A stretch of 64,000 nt of DNA, from contig NW_027362770.1 of NCBI RefSeq assembly GCF_046119375.1, positions 191,828,001-191,892,000 of the forward strand, written 5' to 3'. The stretch comes from Phyllobates terribilis. Lineage: Eukaryota. Below are positions 1-12,465 of this stretch, piece by piece. Each line of letters opens with the position of its first letter. Within the stretch, counting starts at the first letter, position 1. The notes under the pieces were generated by a model. It saw only the letters and a list, made by a program, of their open reading frames with translations, did no database searches and was not told the DNA's origin. A program made the translations under genes and the position numbers.

Positions 1-84
1 CGGGATTTCCTGGACAGATAGATGGGATAAGACAATTATATATATAGATTAATATTGGTTTTTTTTATTAATGTTCACTATTGT

Positions 85-470
85 AGTATTCAGTCATTAT
101 GTGGTGGTAATATGTGGTTTTGTCATGGTGTGGTGGTATTTGTTACCTGCATGTAGTATTATTCGGTCACTATGACGTGTTAATATGTGATCTGGTCATT
201 GTGTGGCAGTATTTTCTTGTATGTGGTATTATTCGGTCACTATGTGGTTGTAATATGTGGTCTGGTCATGATGTGGTGGTATTTGTCACCTGTATTTGAT
301 TTTATTCGGTCACTATGTGGTGTAAATATGTGATCTGGTCATTGTGTGGCAGTATTTTCTTGCATGTGGTATTATTCGGTTACTATGTGGTGGTAATATT
401 TGGTTGGGTCATGGTGTGGTGGTATTTGTTCCTTGTATATGGTATTATTGGTAATTTTTAAAAATGTATG
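85..470 (+). repeat. Minisatellite, about 71-bp unit
   Basis: ATTCGGT recurs at 161, 231, 303, 374; paralogous array at about 18530-18980. Confidence 0.85.
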
Positions 471-750
471 TGACACATTCCCTTAAAGAAAAATAAAAAT
501 ATACCTAAAAAGAGTATTGAATATTTTAACAAATTTTTAATAGGTAGAGCAGAGTAGGGCCCTGCCAAAAGAGTCTACCTTGTCGTGGTCGCGGGTTAAA
601 AAATCTTTTGGCCAAAACAAAAGCTGATGGCTATGTGTGTGATATGGTGTTTGATTGGAACTGTTAATGTGTGAATTGTAAGGATGTGGTGCAGAAGTGG
701 AGTTTTTTCAAGAGTGGGAAGAGGGGCTGTGGAAGGTTTGAGGATTGGAG

Positions 751-2154
751 CAGGCCCGGCGCCAGCACCCGGGCAAGTGCCAGGGTCCTGAACAGGCCGG
801 GGGGGCCCACTCGCCCTTGGGCACCCCACCACGCTTTCGGACCCGTGAGCGGAGGAGAGCAGTGTCAGAGCCCGCTCCCCTCCGCTTGCTCAGGGCCCTG
901 GCAGCCGGCACAATACTTACCCCTCCCTGTGCCTCCGCAGCAGCTCCGGTGTCTTCCGCGTCCTCTGACTGTGACGTCTCAGGTCAGAGGGCGAGGTGAC
1001 GTCTTTCCACCGTGCCCTCTCCTGAGCATTCACAGCGCAGAGCGGGAAGACGACGGTGAAGCTGAAGTCCAGAGCAGCAGCAGAAGATAAGAAGTGAGGT
1101 ATTTGATTTTTTTTTAATGTATGGAGGCATGGGGCATTATAAGGGAGGGGTGACTTTCTGATCCTGCATGGGGCATTATATAAAGGGGGGGGCAAGTGAC
1201 ATCCTGCATGGGGCATTATAAGGTAGGGGGGTGACATCCTGCATGGGGCATTATAAGGGAGGGGGGTGACATCCTTCATGGGGCATTATAAGGGGGGGCA
1301 CAGCCTGCGTGGGGCATTATAAGGGAGGAGGGTGACATCCTGCATGGGGCATTATAAGGGAGGGGGGTGACATCCTGCATGGGGCATTATAAGGTAGGGG
1401 GGTGACATCCTGCATGGGGCATTATAAGGGAGGGGGGTGACATCTTTCATGGGGCATTATAAGGGGGGGCACAGCCTGCGTGGGGCATTATGTGGGGGAA
1501 AAGCCTGCATGGGTATTATGTGGGGGGAACAGCCTGCATGAGGCATTGCGGAGCATTTTACGGGGGCCTGTATTCTGTGTGGAGCGATTCGCCGGTTTCT
1601 GAACTATTGTGGAATTTACAATAGATATCGCTCATGTAATGTGAGAAGTGAAATCTTTGGCCTTTTACTACAGTACAGACCAAAAGTTTGGACACACCTC
1701 ATTTAAAGATTTTTCTGTATTTTCATGACTATGAAAATTGTACATTCACACTGAAGGCATCAAAACTATGAATTAACACATGTGGAATTATATACTTAAC
1801 AAAAAGTGTGAAACTACTGAAAATATGTCTTATATTCTAGGTTCTTCAAAGTAGCCACCTTTTGCTTTGATGACTGCTTTGCACACTCTTGGCATTCTCT
1901 TGATGAGCTTCAAGAGGTAGTCACCGGAAATGGTCTTCACTTCCCAGGTGTGCCCTGTCAGGTTTAATAAGTGGGATTTCTTGCCTTATAAATGGGGTTG
2001 GGACCATCAGTTGTGTTGTGCAGAAGTCAGGTGGATACACAGCTGATAGTCCTACTGAATAGACTGTTAGCTATATATATTTCTCTGCGGTATCTGTGCA
2101 TCATGAATCGTGGTATGTGTTAAAGGGGCCCACAAGAACCTGGAGCCGCCCCTG
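751..2154 (+). mobile_element. Non-autonomous hAT-like element (MITE) with an internal ~35-bp tandem array
   Basis: Ends CAGGCCCGGC...GCCGCCCCTG; 8-bp flanks GATTGGAG/GGTTGGAG (perfect GGTTGGAG in the paralog at 20155-21416); CATGGGGCATTATAAGG repeats at about 1125-1550. Confidence 0.8.
1671..2071 (+). mobile_element. Tc1/mariner left-end fragment
   Basis: TA|CAGTACAGACCAAAAGTTTGGACACACC start; absent from the paralogous TA-rich site near 21330. Confidence 0.75.
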
Positions 2155-2249
2155 GGTTGGAGGCGGAGCGGCGGTGTAGCCTGAGTGGAGCTCAAGGGTG
2201 CTCGAAAATGTTGCCAGTATTGGGCTCTGAAATTCCTGGTGGCAGCCCT

Positions 2250-2810
2250 GCCCGTCCTCCACCCTTAATTCATCATTTTCTGTCCCCTACCTTCAATACG
2301 TCATTTGCTGTCACCTGTCCCCCAACCTTATTTCATCATTTACTGTCCACATCCCCCACCCTCAATTCAACATTTGCTTTCCTCCACCCCCAATTCATCA
2401 TTATTTACTGTTCCCCATCCCTCACCCACAATGCATCATTATTTGCTGTTACAATTTAGTTAATTGTATTTAAAAAAATGTCATACTTACCTCTCATACG
2501 ATCCCTTGCAGCTCCACTTTTGGACTGGTAGCCTGGCACGTGTACATGCCGTCGGCTATGCGATGACTTCATCATTTAGGCGCCGTCACCAGCGCATCAC
2601 AGAAGTGGCGGAGGGAGGTCCCCCGGAGCTGCGCGCCAGTTCTGTTTTGACGGCTGTGGAGCTCCAGGAAAGCTTCCAGAGCAGAGATGTGCACCACCGG
2701 CGCACAATGCATTATTATACCCTGGGGCCCGGTGAGCAGAAGCAAAAGAGCGGGGTCCTTGGCCTCTACTCTTTTCTTCTGCTCACCAGGCCCCATACAC
2801 CAGCAAGGCC
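2250..2810 (-). repeat. Dispersed non-autonomous repeat, same family as 16329-17500 in opposite orientation
   Basis: Reverse-complement similarity (CACCAGCG..ATCACAGAAG..GGAGGGA, ATACTTACCTC, purine/pyrimidine-skewed ATGATGAATTGAGGG repeats). Confidence 0.6.
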
Positions 2811-2910
2811 AGTAATGTCCTCGTAGCTAAGGGTTTGGGTCAAGAGGGGCGAAACTTACGAGTGGGCCCCTCCAGGTAATCCTGATTACAGCTATGGTGG
2901 CGCACCCTAA

Positions 2911-3100
2911 GGCCACGGCCCCACTATCAATATTTGGTCAGTATTTTTTCTCAGGAGTGGGAGCCAAAACCAGGAGTGGATGATAAATGCAGAATTGTTG
3001 CACTTGTTTCTATTATATCTTTAATCTGATTGTTCCTCATCTGTTTTGTCTTCCACTCCTGAGAAAAAATACTGACTGAATACTGACCAAATACTAATAG
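2911..3100. mobile_element. PIF/Harbinger-like MITE with its right TIR deleted
   Basis: TAA|GGCCACGGCCCCACTATC start and internal inverted repeat; complete copy at 43058-43257. Confidence 0.65.
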
Positions 3101-3768
3101 TGGATGTAGGAGAACCTCAGCAGATGACAGCGCTGTTACTAAAAGAAATCTCTATACAAAGACCAACAATGATATTACCACCATATAGTGACCATATAGT
3201 GGTAGATACCAGTCCTGTAGAACATGTAAGAGGTTACAGTACAGTTATAGATGGTGACTTACAGATGACCTTCTTTCTGGTGGAGTCATTCACTTTTCCC
3301 ATCTTTTCCATCTGGCCCAGACCGACATGGCAACTTCTTCCAGCCAAGACTCGGCTGCAAAGATTACAACAAAGATACATATGACTTCTCACATTTCAGG
3401 CACAATTATCCCCAACCAGGACAAACGCCTTATCCTGCTGATACCCCAATACTGATCCGCTGCTGCCATATGTGTCCCCGTTACTACACGCACTGTGCGC
3501 CCTCTAATTTTGCTCATACTGGAGCCTTAGATTCTCCTTTCATTGCATTTGTAAAATATATGGCCCTACTGTACACCACCCCTCAACTGCCCTGAAAAAG
3601 TGTAGTGATGCCAACTGTGACCCCCACCACCTCTACAGCAGGATGGACCCCACACAAACCTTCATACTGTATAATTGCATCCTATAGCCCATACAGCATA
3701 ATGCACCCCATAGCCCATGTAGTATAATGCAACCCTATGTAGTCTAATTCATTAAGTATTAATTAATT

Positions 3769-5298
3769 ATAATTTCGGGAAGGGGTAACTTTCTCGAGAA
3801 TGTTAGCCGCTGGATTGATTCCAAATTGCAGCCTTTGGTAGAGAACCTCCCATCATTTCTACGTGATACGGGTGATCTCCTTAGGAGAGTTGATGGCCTT
3901 TATTTAGATCATGACACTATGATGGTAACAGTGGATATTGAATCCCTGTATACCAATATCAAGCATGCTGACGGTTTACGGGCTGTGGCTTTTTTCCTGG
4001 GGGGGTCTAACCTGTCAGAAGAAATGAGGTCCTTACTGGTGGAATTGTTGGATTTCACACTGACGCACAATTTTTTTATTTTTAAGGGGTCTTTCTACCT
4101 ACAGCTCCAGGGGACAGCGATGGGGGCGGCTTTTGCCCCTTCATATGCTAACCTCTTCCTGGGGCTGTGGGAGAGAGACCTCTCCCTGTCAGATCTAGGG
4201 TCGTCGATGGACCGTGTCCTCTTTTGGGCACGCTACATCGACGACATCTTCCTGATCTGGCAGGGCTCACAGCAATGCTTAATTGAATTTATGGACAAAC
4301 TCAATTGCAATAACGTAAATATCCACGTTACATATCAGTGTGATCCCAACAGGGCAGAATTTCTGGACGTGACTCTTAATAGAGAAGCGAATCAGAGCAT
4401 TAAGACCAATATATTCAGGAAACCCACATCCACCAATACATTGCTGCATGCATCGTCATCCCACCCACAACACATGATAAGGTCGGTTCCGGTGGGCCAA
4501 TTTCTGCGTTTAAGACGGCTCTGCTCAACGGACAGTGATTTTCTCACTCAGTCCAGGGAGTTAATGGAGAGGTTTTATGCCCGTGGTTATAGCCGTAGAT
4601 CTGTGAAAAAGGCCTTTAATAGGGCTAAATACTCTGCACGAGATGACCTCTTATATGGGTCAAGAGATGATACCAACACTGAGATCGTTAGGTTCATCAC
4701 TAAGTACCACACTCAAGCACCGGCTATGAGGAGAGCACTGGAGAAAGCATGGCCGGTGCTCATGAATGACCCGATTCTAACGAGATATGTGTCTGAAAAA
4801 CCATGCATAACTTTCAGACGCGCTAAAAATTTAGGGGATCATCTCGTGCGGAGTCATTATGAGGGGGTACCCCGACAGACTTTTTTGAGTGGTGTGGGTG
4901 GTGTACGGCGTGGATGTAGTCCGTGTGGCCGGTGTGTCGCCTGTCCCAACATTGATCGAAGTAATGAATTTTGGGACTCTGATGGTAATAGACTTCCGAT
5001 CACTAGTTACATCACCTGCCAAACACGGTACGTGATATACCATGCAACCTGTCCGTGTGGTCTCATCTATGTGGGCATGACTACTCGTCAGTTTAAAACA
5101 CGGGTAAGGGAACATGTACTGGGCATAGAGGCGGCACTTGGCCACACTGATGCATCCACCCTCAAGACCATCCCACGCCACTTCAAATTATACCATGGAT
5201 GTGACTCCACTGGGCTGAGTGTGAGAGGTATAGACAATATAGCGGTGGTGTTTATATCCCATGATCATGGGGGTGGCACCTTGGGCTTCATCATGTGA
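3769..5298 (+). pseudogene. Penelope RT plus GIY-YIG endonuclease, truncated at both ends
   Basis: IISGRG (RT motif 2 remnant) at the 5' break; VDIESLY, GTAMGAAFAPSYAN, YIDD; VIY..CPCGLIYVGMT.R; normal endonuclease C-terminus missing after GIDNI. Confidence 0.88.
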
Positions 5299-5685
5299 AG
5301 CGAGGGGGCGGAACTTGGAGCCACATGACAGGGCTGTTGATGCCTCTCCATGGATACGCAGTGAATGTGGCAGGAAGTTAGTCACATGCAGTGAGTGAGA
5401 CAGGAAGCCAGTTACTCGGGCTTGATCATGTGAAGTGAGGGGGTGGAACTTGGAGCCACATGATAGGGCTGTTTATGCCTCGCCATGGAGACGTAGTGAA
5501 TGTGGCAGGAAGTCAGTTACAAGCAGTGAGTGAGACAGGAAGTCAGTTACTTGGGCTTGATCATGTGAAGCGAGGGGGTGGAGCCTGGAGCCACATGACA
5601 GGGCTGTTGACGCCTCTCCATGGAGACGCTGTGAGTGAGGCAGGAAGTCAGTTACATGCAGTGAGTGAAACAGGAAGTCAGTTAC
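5281..5685 (+). repeat. 135-bp tandem repeat, 3 copies, in the Penelope 3' region
   Basis: ATCATGTGAAG at 5290, 5425, 5560. Confidence 0.9.
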
Positions 5686-5770
5686 ATGGCACTTCCGCTT
5701 TACTGTGCAACATGTGCACGCTGCAGATATGGATGTGGGGGTATAAAAGGTGGATAGTTGGTGTGCAGTA

Positions 5771-5816
5771 TTACCCCTTGAAAAAGGTTTTCCTACCGAA
5801 ACGTGCGTCGGGGTGA
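5771..5816 (+). ncRNA. Minimal type I hammerhead ribozyme (U3/A8 variant)
   Basis: Stem I TTACCCC/GGGGTGA; core TTGAAAA 5778-5784; stem II GGT/ACC; GAAA 5798-5801; GTC cleavage triplet 5807-5809; located in a Penelope 3' region where such motifs are known. Confidence 0.75.
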
Positions 5817-6708
5817 CGGTAGCAGAGCCTGTCTGGTGGCCTTACCCAGGTACATAGCTATTTTAGCTTATTTATGACCAATTGGTTGTATTACTTCCAT
5901 CTGTATAAGGGTTTTAACCCTTTTGTTTCTGGGTATTTTGATTGTGATGGGATATTATTGCTTTGGGGGTACTATTTGTAAAAGGTATTCATGATGGGTG
6001 GTATATATTTATTAATACATGTGACCCTGTCGCTCCCCCCCTTATATTTCCACTTGCTATATAGGCTGACCTTTCGGGCGCTGTGTCACAGTTTTTAACA
6101 TTGTTTTATTCATGTGGATCCAGCACTCTGTGTCTACTCTGTCGTCCGCATTTATCTTTGTAATTTGTGTTTACTACATGTGTTAATAAAGGAATTTTCT
6201 TACTTCTTTACAATTTTGAACTTGTGTGGCCATCTTTTTGTTTCTCTGCTTCACAGAGGAACAATCCCCCCTTATCTTTATTGTTACAAGATGATGGCCC
6301 GTTCTCTTTATTAGTCCTATATGCAATAACATGGGTCCATTGGGATTAGATTTATCTTCACTGTGTTGTTTGCATCTGAGTTTCTGTCTCTCACTACTCA
6401 TTAAGTATTATGCAGCCCATTCAGTATAATGCATCCCCATATAGTATAATACACCCCCATATAGTGCAATGCACCCCCATTTAGTATAATGCACCCCATT
6501 CAATATAATGCAGATCATGTCTCCTTGCTCTGCAGCAGAGTTTAACTGTATCGGCGCAGGCTGATAGAGTTAAACATAGCGTAGCTCCGGGTGGGCCCTT
6601 CAGAGTGCGGGGGCCCGGGGCTGCCGCACCCTCTGCCACCCCCCAGTAGCTACGCTACTCGGCGGGACACAAACAGCCATAGCTCTGGGGTAGATGTGGT
6701 TGGTGGCT

Positions 6709-6933
6709 CTTTGTGCCCTTGGACACGGCGTGCTTGGCCAGCTCTCCGGGCAGCAGCAGGCGCACAGCGGTCTGGATCTCTCGGGGGGTGATGGTGGAGT
6801 GCTTGTTGTAGTGAGCCAGGCGGGAGGCTTCCCCTGCAATGCGCTCAAAGATGTCATTGATGAAGGAGTTCATGAAGCCCATGGCTTTGGAGGAGATGTC
6901 AGGGAGGACCTGCTTCAGAACATTGTACACATA
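6709..6933 (-). pseudogene. H2B: Histone H2B pseudogene (histone-fold part only)
   Basis: [75 protein letters not shown]; N-tail absent, TG dipeptide deleted, C-terminus deleted into a half stem-loop. Confidence 0.92.
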
Positions 6934-7345
6934 TAGATTACAGTTTGCCAAAAAACACATTGACTGGACTAAAGAGAAGTGGCGCAACATTCTATGGACA
7001 GATGAGAGCAAGATTGTCTTGTACTGGGTCTAAAGGCCGTAGACAGTTTGTGAGATGACACAAACACTAAATTCAAGCCACGGTACACTGTGAAGACTGT
7101 AAAACATGGAGATGCAACCAGACTGGTTTGGGGATGTTTCTCATACTGTAGAGTTGGGCCCATTTATCGCATACCAGGCACCATGTACCAGTTTGAATAT
7201 ATCAAAATACTGGAAGAGATCATGTTGCCTTATGCTGAATGGGAAATGCCCTTGAAATGGGAGTTTCAGCAGGACAACGACCTCATGCACACCAGAAAGC
7301 GGGCAACATCCTGGTTCCAGACCAACAAGATTGATGTCATGTTAT
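6934..7345 (+). pseudogene. Tc1-family transposase internal fragment
   Basis: [23 protein letters not shown]...VWGCF, FQQDND; no termini. Confidence 0.88.
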
Positions 7346-8468
7346 GCTGTTTTTGATACAAAACCTAAGAATGCAAAAGAACTGTGGACTGTAGTGCAGT
7401 CAGCCTGGGTCAGATGTTAGTGACTCCATGCCACACAGATGTAAAGCTGTTATCAGAAATAAAGGCTATACAACTAAATAGAAGATCAGTTATTAACAGA
7501 AAAGTGAAGTCTGGAAAGAAATGTAAAATATTTGAGTTTGTAAATGAGAAGGCAGGCATTATTATCATTTTCAGTTTAAAAATTGACATCTTGTTCATGT
7601 TTCCATTTGGAATTGAGTGTATAGCTCTCAATGCCTCTGTATATGGAAAGAAATGCTACGAGGATTCAGCTTTTTCACAATTGTTTTAAACACACTGTGT
7701 ATACAGTTATCTGCAAAATAATAGCAATGGAAATTTCTGCTTATTAACACAGGTTTATATAGACAGGAAACAAAGGAATTGCAAAGTATTCAGGGTGGTC
7801 CTGACAGCACAATGGAGATGGCCTGCAGCCATGCAGAGGACAGAACTTGTTCTTCAAGGTTGGGGGAGACATGGAGAATAATCTATGCACATGGTTAATT
7901 CAGGGAACAAGATGGAAGATTTGAAAGAATAGTTTCCTTGGTAATGCCGCTCATCTAGTGCTGTATACCCATCTGCTTCTCACCCCCATACTGTATACCT
8001 CCAGTAGAGCCTGTATAATCCTCATATGCTGCTCTGCCCCAAACACTGCAGGACACCTCCACATACTGCTGTATACGGCCACATGATGGGCTTTACCCTC
8101 AAAATACTACTGTATACCCCAAAAAGTATCATATACCACCACATAGTGCTGAATAAATCACATCCATCAGATATGTAGTCACAGCTCCCAGCCCGACAAG
8201 AGCCGCCATCCTGACACCACATGTTACACCGAGAACACAGAGCAGAAGAGATCAGCCTCAGTGCAGGAATCACACACTCAGTGCTCAGCCAATCAGCGCT
8301 CAGCAGGGCTATGGCTCCGCCCACAGGCAGCTCCTCAGTGTTAACCCATTAGCACCTGCGATGTCTCCAGCCGCCCCTGGAGCAGCAGCCTGCAGTCACC
8401 CCAGCACAGGGGGTCTCCAGCCCCTCGCCCTCCCCAGCAGCAGGAGCTCCTCCTCAGAAGATGTGGGC

Positions 8469-8484
8469 GGCTCTGAGAAGAGCC
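8469..8484 (-). terminator. Histone 3' stem-loop of H4
   Basis: Minus strand AAA-GGCTCTTCTCAGAGCC-GCCCA, then purine-rich GAGGAGGAGCT (HDE-like). Confidence 0.92.
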
Positions 8485-8496
8485 TTTGTGTTGTTA

Positions 8497-9027
<531 letters not shown>

Positions 9028-9735
9028 CTACTGTGATGGTGGAAATAGTCACAGCCCTGATTCCTCTCTGGTGACATCCTGCTCGGAGGAATTACACTGT
9101 GACACCTGGAAATAACTCACTGTGAGGTCTATAGAGTTATATACTCTCCTCCATCCAGCGATGTATAAGCTCCATATCCTGCTGTATACCCCTATATAGC
9201 GCTGTATAAACTCCATATACTGTTTCCCCATATAGTGCTGTATACCCTCCATATAGTGCTATATATCCCCCATATCCTGCTGTATACCCCTATATAGCGC
9301 TGTATAAACTCCATATACTGTTTCCCCATATAGTGCTGTATACCTTTAATATACGGCTGTATTCGTCCATGAAGCGCTTTATACCCTCCATATTGTGCTC
9401 ATTTATCTCAGCGGCAGGTTCTGCTGCAATAAACAAGTGATCGGCTTCTCAGTGACAGATTCAGATCTAGAAATCGATCAATCTTTAGGAGCTTATTGAC
9501 CAGGTGCCTTCACCAGTCTGCGGAGCAAAAGGTGTGTAACATCAGAGGAGGATCAGCGAGAAAGTGCTGGAAACGTGCCGAGCACTGAAAGAGTTAACAG
9601 CCCATCTCCATCTATTGGCAGCAGAACAATGGAAACAGAGGGCACTAGGACCCAGTGTTCTGGGAGAGAACAGGATTCCACGAGTGAGGGGTGAACTATA
9701 GAAACAGCAATAACCCACAAGGGGCACAATGATCC

Positions 9736-9759
9736 TGCAGACTTGGCAGGTTCAGGCAT
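9736..9759 (-). pseudogene. H2B: Histone H2B 5' stub (MPEPAKSA only)
   Basis: ATG CCT GAA CCT GCC AAG TCT GCA then unrelated sequence; divergent from H2A with H2B-type promoter. Confidence 0.8.
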
Positions 9760-9827
9760 GATGATAGCAGAATGTTCTCTTCACAGGAGAGAAAGAGAAT
9801 AATCCTGCTCCTCCCAGAGCGGCCGTA

Positions 9828-10478
<651 letters not shown>

Positions 10479-10510
10479 GCGCCGCTGATCCTGTATCCAC
10501 ACAACCCAAA

Positions 10511-10526
10511 GGCTCTTCTAAGAGCC
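10511..10526 (+). terminator. Histone 3' stem-loop of H2A
   Basis: CCAAA-GGCTCTTCTAAGAGCC-ACCCA followed by CAAGAGCTG (HDE). Confidence 0.93.
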
Positions 10527-11061
10527 ACCCACACCGTCACCACAAGAGCTGGCGCCGCTGATCTCGGGGGTGATGTTCTGTATGTACAGATCTGTGTAAC
10601 ATCGGAGCATACGGGGGATAAAGCTGCACCAGGCAGTGGGTATGATCCTGACACTACTGGGTTGGCACAGTGGCACTAATGGTCTATGACCTGGCACTGA
10701 CTGCTCCGATATCTGCTCCATCCTCAGCCGCCATGTCTTGTAGTGTGAGGTGCTGTGTAATAAAGCCGCTGTCTGGTCCATGATCTGTGAATGGCACCGT
10801 GCACTAGAGGAGACGGAGTGTAATGTGGGCAGATGCCCTCCTGATGGCAGCACTGAGCTCTGCAGTGTGACCCTGTTACTGCACCGTCCTCACCTCCCAT
10901 GTGGCGGCACAGTGTGGTGTATATGGGGGTGAGATATCCATATATATATACACCCCATATTGTGCTGTACTCCACCATGTGCTCTGTACCTCTATATAGC
11001 ACTGTATAGGAACCTTATACCACCACACAGGGCTGTATTCCTGCACAGGATGCGGTCAAGA

Positions 11062-11154
11062 CACTGATAGGGAATTCAGATTGTGAGCTCCAATGGGGAC
11101 AGCGATGAAGATGTACGGAAAGCGCTGCAGAATATGTTGGCGCTATATAAAAAG
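11062..11154 (+). mobile_element. L2/CR1-type LINE 3' tail fragment
   Basis: GATTGTGAGCTC...AAAGCGCTGCAGAATATGTTGGCGCTATATAAA; resemblance from recall of amphibian L2 ends. Confidence 0.55.
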
Positions 11155-11310
11155 ATTATACCCTCCGTGCAGCACAGTATTCCTCCTTATAGTGCTGTAT
11201 ACCATGATATAATGCCTCATACACTCAGTATAGTGCTGTATTCCTCCTTGTGATGCTGTCTATGCCTAAATAGCACCACATACCCTCCATATAGCGCTCT
11301 ATAATACCTC

Positions 11311-11520
11311 CATATAGCGCTGTATACGGCCACATGATGTTATTACCCTCCATATAGCGCTGTATACGGCCACATGATGTTATTACCCTCCATATAGCGC
11401 TGTATACGGCCACATGATGTTATTACCCTCCATATAGCGCTGTATACGGCCACATGATGTTATTACCCTCCATATAGCACTGTATACGGCCACATGATGT
11501 TATTACCCTCCATATAGCGC
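11311..11520 (+). repeat. 40-bp tandem repeat, about 5 copies
   Basis: CATATAGCGCTGTATACGGCCACATGATGTTATTACCCTC repeated almost perfectly. Confidence 0.95.
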
Positions 11521-12465
11521 TCTGCACCACGTGTGACACTGAGGAGAACAAAGAGCGGGAGGAACTATCAGCCGTTGTGCAGGGATTTCATATTCAGGGC
11601 TCAGCCAATCAACCCCCATATAGTGCTATATACCTCCATATCCTGCTGTATACCCCCATGTAGTACTATATACCCTCCATATCCTGCTGTATACCCCCAT
11701 GTAGTACTATATACTCTCCATATCCTGCTGTATACCCCCACATAGTGCTATATACCTCCGTATTCAGCTATATATCCTCCACATAGTGCCGTGTACATTC
11801 CGCATCCTGATGTATACCCTCCATATAATGGTGTATACTCCCATATAGTGCCATATACCCTCTATATCCTGCTTTATACCCCTATATAGTGCTATATACC
11901 CTCTACATCCTGGTGTATACCCCTATAAAGTGATATATATCCTCCATCTCCTGCTATATACCCCCATATACATAGTACTGTTTACCCTGAATATATCGCT
12001 GTATTCATCCATATAGTGCTGTATTCCCTCCATATTGTGCTTTGCTCATTTATCTTGGCAGCTGTTCCCACTGTGATAAGCAAGTGATTGTCTTCTCCAT
12101 TAATGACAGATTCAGACCTAGGAATAGATCAGTCTTTGGAGTTCACCATCGATCAGCTGCCTCCACTGGTCTGGGGAGCGAAGGGTGTGTAACAGAGGAA
12201 TATAAGCGAAAAATAATATTACCATAAGTGCAATTATACACAGTAGCTCTGTATATAGTATACAGTGTATAGTGTCAGTGTACAAGTAATACAGAGATCA
12301 CCACTGACATTATACACAGGATCTCTGTATATAGTGTCAGTATACAGGTAATACAGGGATCACTAGTGGCATTATACTCAGGAGCTCTGTATATAGTGTA
12401 AATGTACAGGTAATACAGGGATCTCCAGTGACATTATACACAGGAGCTCTGTATATAGTGTACAG

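Larger units (their letters stand above)
3762..6397 (+). mobile_element. Penelope-like element, 5'-truncated
   Basis: Direct repeat TCATTAAGTATTA at 3749-3761 and 6398-6410; single copy of this sequence at the paralogous empty site 43915-43927; RT plus GIY-YIG ORF. Confidence 0.92.
49..8161 (+). repeat. Segmental duplication, copy 1 (histone-cluster flank)
   Basis: Collinear with 18506-46964 once insertions are removed; shared end CATAGTGCTGAATAAATCAC at 8161 and 46964. Confidence 0.9.

Noticed and set aside
6540-6660. Hairpin GTTTAACT...AGTTAAAC and inverted repeat TAGCGTAGCT...AGCTACGCTA as a structured RNA
   Set aside because: More simply MITE remnants; no recognisable RNA family, and the paralog at about 44040-44160 has a non-compensated change.
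8362-8460. Possible histone H1 start (MSPAAPGAAA)
   Set aside because: No globular domain or lysine-rich tail follows; it lies in the antisense H4 3' flank. No H1 or H3 gene is seen in the window.
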